Origin: Candidatus Poribacteria bacterium
Lineage (GTDB): Bacteria > Poribacteria > WGA-4E > JAJDTR01
DNA: 64,000 bases
Assembly (NCBI GenBank): GCA_965222225.1
Contig: CBDCTK010000002.1
Location: forward strand, 5,248,001-5,312,000
Direction of reading: 5' to 3'
In this document: piece by piece, positions 60,347-64,000 of the stretch
How positions within the stretch are numbered: the first letter of the stretch is position 1
Layout: every line of letters begins with the position of its first letter
The notes under the pieces: model-generated
The model's database searches: none
What the model was told of the DNA's origin: nothing
The model's input: only the letters and a program-made list of their open reading frames with translations
Translations under genes and position numbers: made by a program

Positions 60347-61237
60347 TTATTCAGCCGCGGACGGTGTCCACGATTTCAACTGCTTCCGCCAGACCCGATC
60401 TACCTCACCCCGAATCGCCTGTACATCCTCCCAGCGGTCTCCGAACACAGACAGGAAATAGCCTCCCGACCCCTGCTCCGGACAAACAAACATCTCCCTG
60501 CCCGGTTCAGCCGCTTGCATCCAACACTCAATGACCTGCTCGGCGAATTCTAGCCAATCCAGAAACTCCGGCGTGAACTTCCCACCTCGTCCAAGTGCGG
60601 GCACTTGGCAATGATGACCATTAAACGGTCGAAAATGGAACTGCTGCGCATACTGGATAAGGTCTGTCCGCTCCGCCAAGCGATCCCAGTAAGGCGGTGA
60701 AAGGTGTTTGATGACTGCCGGATGCGAGAAATCCCACGTCATTTTCAGTAGGCGGTTCTCCGCCTTTTCAAATCCCTCCGCCAGTGCATAAGCCTTCTCT
60801 GGGGTCTCGGTGCACGTGTCGCGGTGAACCTCAATGGCGACATCCATCTCCAACTCGTCTGCTGTCTCCATCACCCGTCGCGCTACAAACAGCGCACGTT
60901 CGGTTGGAGTGTCATGGTCGAGCAACTGCACATTCACGCATCGCGCGTTAGCATCTTTAATCGCCCTGAGCTTCGGACAAATCTCCTTTGCGTTTCCTAT
61001 ATCCACGGTGGCTGCGAAGAGAAGTCCGTGTTTTTCGACATGCTCGGCGGTGATATCAGGCACCCGTCCGCAAAATCCATCAAAGCCCGCCTTCTTGATC
61101 CGCTTAATTTTCTGGTCGATCGACCATTCTCCCTTCTTCCCGCCGTAGTCGGTCAACGTCCAAAGGGTAGCCATGTGCTGAATCTTCGGCCGATTGATTT
61201 TCTTTAAATCATCGTTTTTCCCGTTATCCTTAGCCAT
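60347..61237 (-). CDS. Xylose isomerase-like TIM-barrel protein
   Basis: AGFDG, EVHRDTCTE, WDFSH, HFRPFNG, CPE. Confidence 0.75.
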   Translation of the reverse strand: MAKDNGKNDDLKKINRPKIQHMATLWTLTDYGGKKGEWSIDQKIKRIKKAGFDGFCGRVPDITAEHVEKHGLLFAATVDIGNAKEICPKLRAIKDANARCVNVQLLDHDTPTERALFVARRVMETADELEMDVAIEVHRDTCTETPEKAYALAEGFEKAENRLLKMTWDFSHPAVIKHLSPPYWDRLAERTDLIQYAQQFHFRPFNGHHCQVPALGRGGKFTPEFLDWLEFAEQVIECWMQAAEPGREMFVCPEQGSGGYFLSVFGDRWEDVQAIRGEVDRVWRKQLKSWTPSAAE

Positions 61238-61624
61238 CAATCTCTCCTTAAGTGTATGGAACCTTTCAATGCCTCGTAACTGCGACTGAGCTATTCGTAT
61301 CTATCGTTGCCCACGTTGGAAAATTCGACTTCAAAAATTATAACATCTTTCCGAAAAGTTAAGAATAAAAATCGACAGATGCCATAAAGCCATCCACCTG
61401 CTAGAGGTTTGGGAATCTTCAATCATCAAATCGACAATGGAATCTTCACAGATGCAGGTCCCTGTAGGAACGATCTCGCGGTCACGACAATTTAATTGCA
61501 GGTGTACAAGCAGAATGGGCACCTGCAACTTCGGCCACGTTAATAAACCGCCGAAAATATCCGCTGTTAATAGCTATACCATTTCGTTCGAATAACAGTG
61601 GATAGAGCGAAATAACTATTTCGT

Positions 61625-61824
61625 TAGGACTTATGCGATGGAGCATCCGGTAGGAGCGATCTCCGAATCGCGACTTTAATTCACGCCATTGATGCACTGT
61701 CATTTAGAGAATTGGTGTTATCACTGTTTTTTCCTATTCCTATCTGGTATAATTTTCATAACTTGGGCACACTCCTTGATGCCCGATGAATCGGGCTACT
61801 ATAGGCTGGAGCGCGTAAGTCCTA
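61625..61824. mobile_element. ~200-bp MITE-like element bounded by TAGGACTTA(T/C)GCG inverted repeats
   Basis: taggacttatgcg (61625-61637) and cgcgtaagtccta (61812-61824); terminal TA; contains a GTAG REP at 61650. Confidence 0.6.
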
Positions 61825-61916
61825 GACCGCTCAAGATATAGTAGAAATAGCATTTGCCACTATAACTGAAATAGAGATTTACAATTCGTAGCTAGACCCA
61901 CAGGAAAACGAAAAGC

Positions 61917-63008
61917 ATGAAAGCGACAATTGCAGTATTGGAAGGCGACGGAATCGGTCCCGAAATCATGGCAGAAGGTCTCAAGGTCCTTGATGCCATA
62001 GCAGCGCGATACAACCACGATTTTGAATATAAACGATGCGCGTTCGGTGCCGCTGCGTATTTCACCACGGGATCGGCATTTCCGGACCAAACCCGTGAAG
62101 TATGTGATGAGGCAGATACCATCATCAAGGGGCCCGTTGGGATTGCCGTTCGAGAAATGAACCGAATTCCTACCGAGGAACGACCTGAGTTGGCGGTATT
62201 GGAATTGCGAGAACGATACACGACCTTCGCCAATTATCGCCCCGTAAAACTACCGTCATCTTTGGCTAGCTTCTCGCCACTGCGTGAGGATCGTTTGGGA
62301 GCAGGCATCGACATTCTCATGATCCGAGAACTCACGGGGGATATATACTTCGGTAAAAAGCGGGAGGGAAAGGACACCGGAATGCAATTTGCCCAAGACG
62401 ATTGTGTCTACACGGAGGAGCAGATTCGGCGTGTTGCAACGACTGCCTTTGAAGAGGCGCGGGCTCGGAACGTGCAGCTCACCAACGTTGATAAAGCGAA
62501 TATACTTGCCACCTCAAGGTTCTGGCGCGCAATTGTGGAGGAAACCGCCCGCTCATTTCGGGAGGTGCCGCTTCAGCACGTGTTGGTGGACAATGCAGCC
62601 TACCAACTCGTCATCGATCCGACACAGTTCAACGGCGTGATGTTACTTGGCAATATGAACGGTGACATTTTGAGCGATGAAGCGGGAGGAATCATCGGAT
62701 CCCTCGGACTTATGCCATCAGCCTGCGTGGGCCCTGAGAAAGTTTTCGTGGAACCCGTGCACGGTGCGGCACCGGACATTGCGGGTACGGGACAAGCTAA
62801 TCCTTATTCGATGATTGGCAGCGCCGCCCTGATGCTTGAAAAAGGACTTGGGCTAAACGAGGAATCTAATCTGATCTGGGACTGCCTATTTGGTGTTTTT
62901 GAACAAGGCTATGTTACGGCCGAGCTTGCCGCGGCGGTGAAACGGGGAACGGTACTTTCTACGTCGGAGTTTGGGGATCGCGTAGCAAGCGCGATACAAA
63001 CGGCTTAA
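61917..63008 (+). CDS. leuB: 3-isopropylmalate dehydrogenase
   Basis: GDGIGPEI, FANYRP, RELTGDIYFG, VDKANIL, VDNAA.QL, GDILSDEA, GSLGL.PSA, EPVHG.APDIAG. Confidence 0.88.
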   Translation: MKATIAVLEGDGIGPEIMAEGLKVLDAIAARYNHDFEYKRCAFGAAAYFTTGSAFPDQTREVCDEADTIIKGPVGIAVREMNRIPTEERPELAVLELRERYTTFANYRPVKLPSSLASFSPLREDRLGAGIDILMIRELTGDIYFGKKREGKDTGMQFAQDDCVYTEEQIRRVATTAFEEARARNVQLTNVDKANILATSRFWRAIVEETARSFREVPLQHVLVDNAAYQLVIDPTQFNGVMLLGNMNGDILSDEAGGIIGSLGLMPSACVGPEKVFVEPVHGAAPDIAGTGQANPYSMIGSAALMLEKGLGLNEESNLIWDCLFGVFEQGYVTAELAAAVKRGTVLSTSEFGDRVASAIQTA

Positions 63009-63131
63009 GTTCTGCGGTTTGACAAATCACTTGGCGTTCTTCGGTGGAGCGATCTCCGAATCGCGACTTCAATTCCTCCCAGTGATTCAGAGCAACTGCC
63101 ACTTGAATCTCCACGGTTCAACCGACAAATG

Positions 63132-63977
63132 TTATCGCTTAGTCGCTAATTCACGTTTTAGCCGTTTGGCGTTCTCAATCTTAACCTCGAATTGTCGTAA
63201 ATCACTAGCCTTTTCAAGAAAGAGATTCAGATACAATTGGGTCATGGACGCATTGCCCTCCTCCTTGTACAACTGACTGAGCCGGTAATAGACCTCCGGA
63301 TCCGTCGAGTCGAGCGACAACGCCTTTTCATACGTGCGAATCGCTTGATTCAATCGTCCCGAATCTTGAAACGCTTCGCCCAAGCTAACATGCGCATCCG
63401 CGTCGCTTTGATCTAGGCTGATTGTCCTCTCGTAATTCTCGATAGCAACCTCAAACTCTCCCCGCGCGTGCTGAGCCACCGCCAAATTATAATAGGCATC
63501 TTGGAATTCCGGGTCAATTTCGATTGCCCCACGATAGGCTTTGACCGCTTCTTCAAATTCGCCCTCACTGTCGTAAGCGTATCCCAAATTGTTATAGAAC
63601 ACTGGATTGTCCGGCTCCACCCGAATCGCCTCCCGGAACGCTTTAGTCGCCTCATCATTTAGCCGCAAACTTAGGTATACCAATCCAAGGTGGTTATGAG
63701 TTTTCGCGTTCTCGTCATCAAGGCTCACCGCCGTCCGGAATGCCTCAATCGCTTTATCGTGCTCGCCCAGATCATGGTAGGTTTTCCCGAGTTGAAAGTG
63801 TCCCTCCGCGTCCTCCGGCGTTAAACCCATTCCCATTCTAAGTTTGAACGCTTCGCGTTTAAGTTGCTCTTGCCGTTGCGTGGCTTCATCGGGAGGCTGG
63901 CAACCTGAGAATATGAGCCAGGCGCTGAGCATAATACGAATCGAGGTGTGTAGTCGACTGAACGATGGCGAACGCAT
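63132..63977 (-). CDS. TPR-repeat (lipo)protein
   Basis: LIFSGC lipobox-like motif; about six TPR repeats. Confidence 0.85.
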   Translation of the reverse strand: MRSPSFSRLHTSIRIMLSAWLIFSGCQPPDEATQRQEQLKREAFKLRMGMGLTPEDAEGHFQLGKTYHDLGEHDKAIEAFRTAVSLDDENAKTHNHLGLVYLSLRLNDEATKAFREAIRVEPDNPVFYNNLGYAYDSEGEFEEAVKAYRGAIEIDPEFQDAYYNLAVAQHARGEFEVAIENYERTISLDQSDADAHVSLGEAFQDSGRLNQAIRTYEKALSLDSTDPEVYYRLSQLYKEEGNASMTQLYLNLFLEKASDLRQFEVKIENAKRLKRELATKR

Positions 63978-64000
63978 GGTGGCTATCTCATTGGTGACAA

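Overview
Bacterial window with about 40 intact CDSs. No rRNA, tRNA, CRISPR array or transposase gene was recognised. Gene content is mostly accessory catabolism: Gfo/Idh/MocA and SDR oxidoreductases, two PhyH dioxygenases, three Ldh_2 paralogues, hydantoinase/oxoprolinase A and B, HpcH aldolases, mannonate dehydratase, BKACE, NHL and TPR proteins, plus ltaE and leuB. This content and the repeat-packed intergenic DNA resemble Candidatus Poribacteria-type sponge symbionts (inference only). Two things stand out. (1) A translationally coupled two-gene module at 19143-24004 (-). A TIR + 17xTPR protein carries the C-terminal specificity (TaqI_C/Eco57I-type) domain of a type IIG restriction-modification enzyme but no methylase or nuclease. 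It is followed by a PrrC/RloC-like ABC-ATPase/HEPN anticodon-nuclease candidate, so this is a plausible undescribed anti-phage guard system. (2) A ~37-bp intergenic micro-element (GATCAA...GCGATAG..ATCC) occurs in about 30 full or partial copies at 12-13 loci. It nests inside itself and inside GTAG-REP hairpins, shows no obvious target duplication, and is strongly strand-biased. The window also holds a decayed defence island (an OLD-family ATPase/TOPRIM gene broken by a 257-bp MITE, an MNT-HEPN pair and a DUF499 remnant). There are several internally deleted pseudogenes, including an ECF-sigma/beta-clamp chimera, and a UvrD helicase with an inserted DEDDh exonuclease. All domain calls come from motif recognition by eye; no searches were run.
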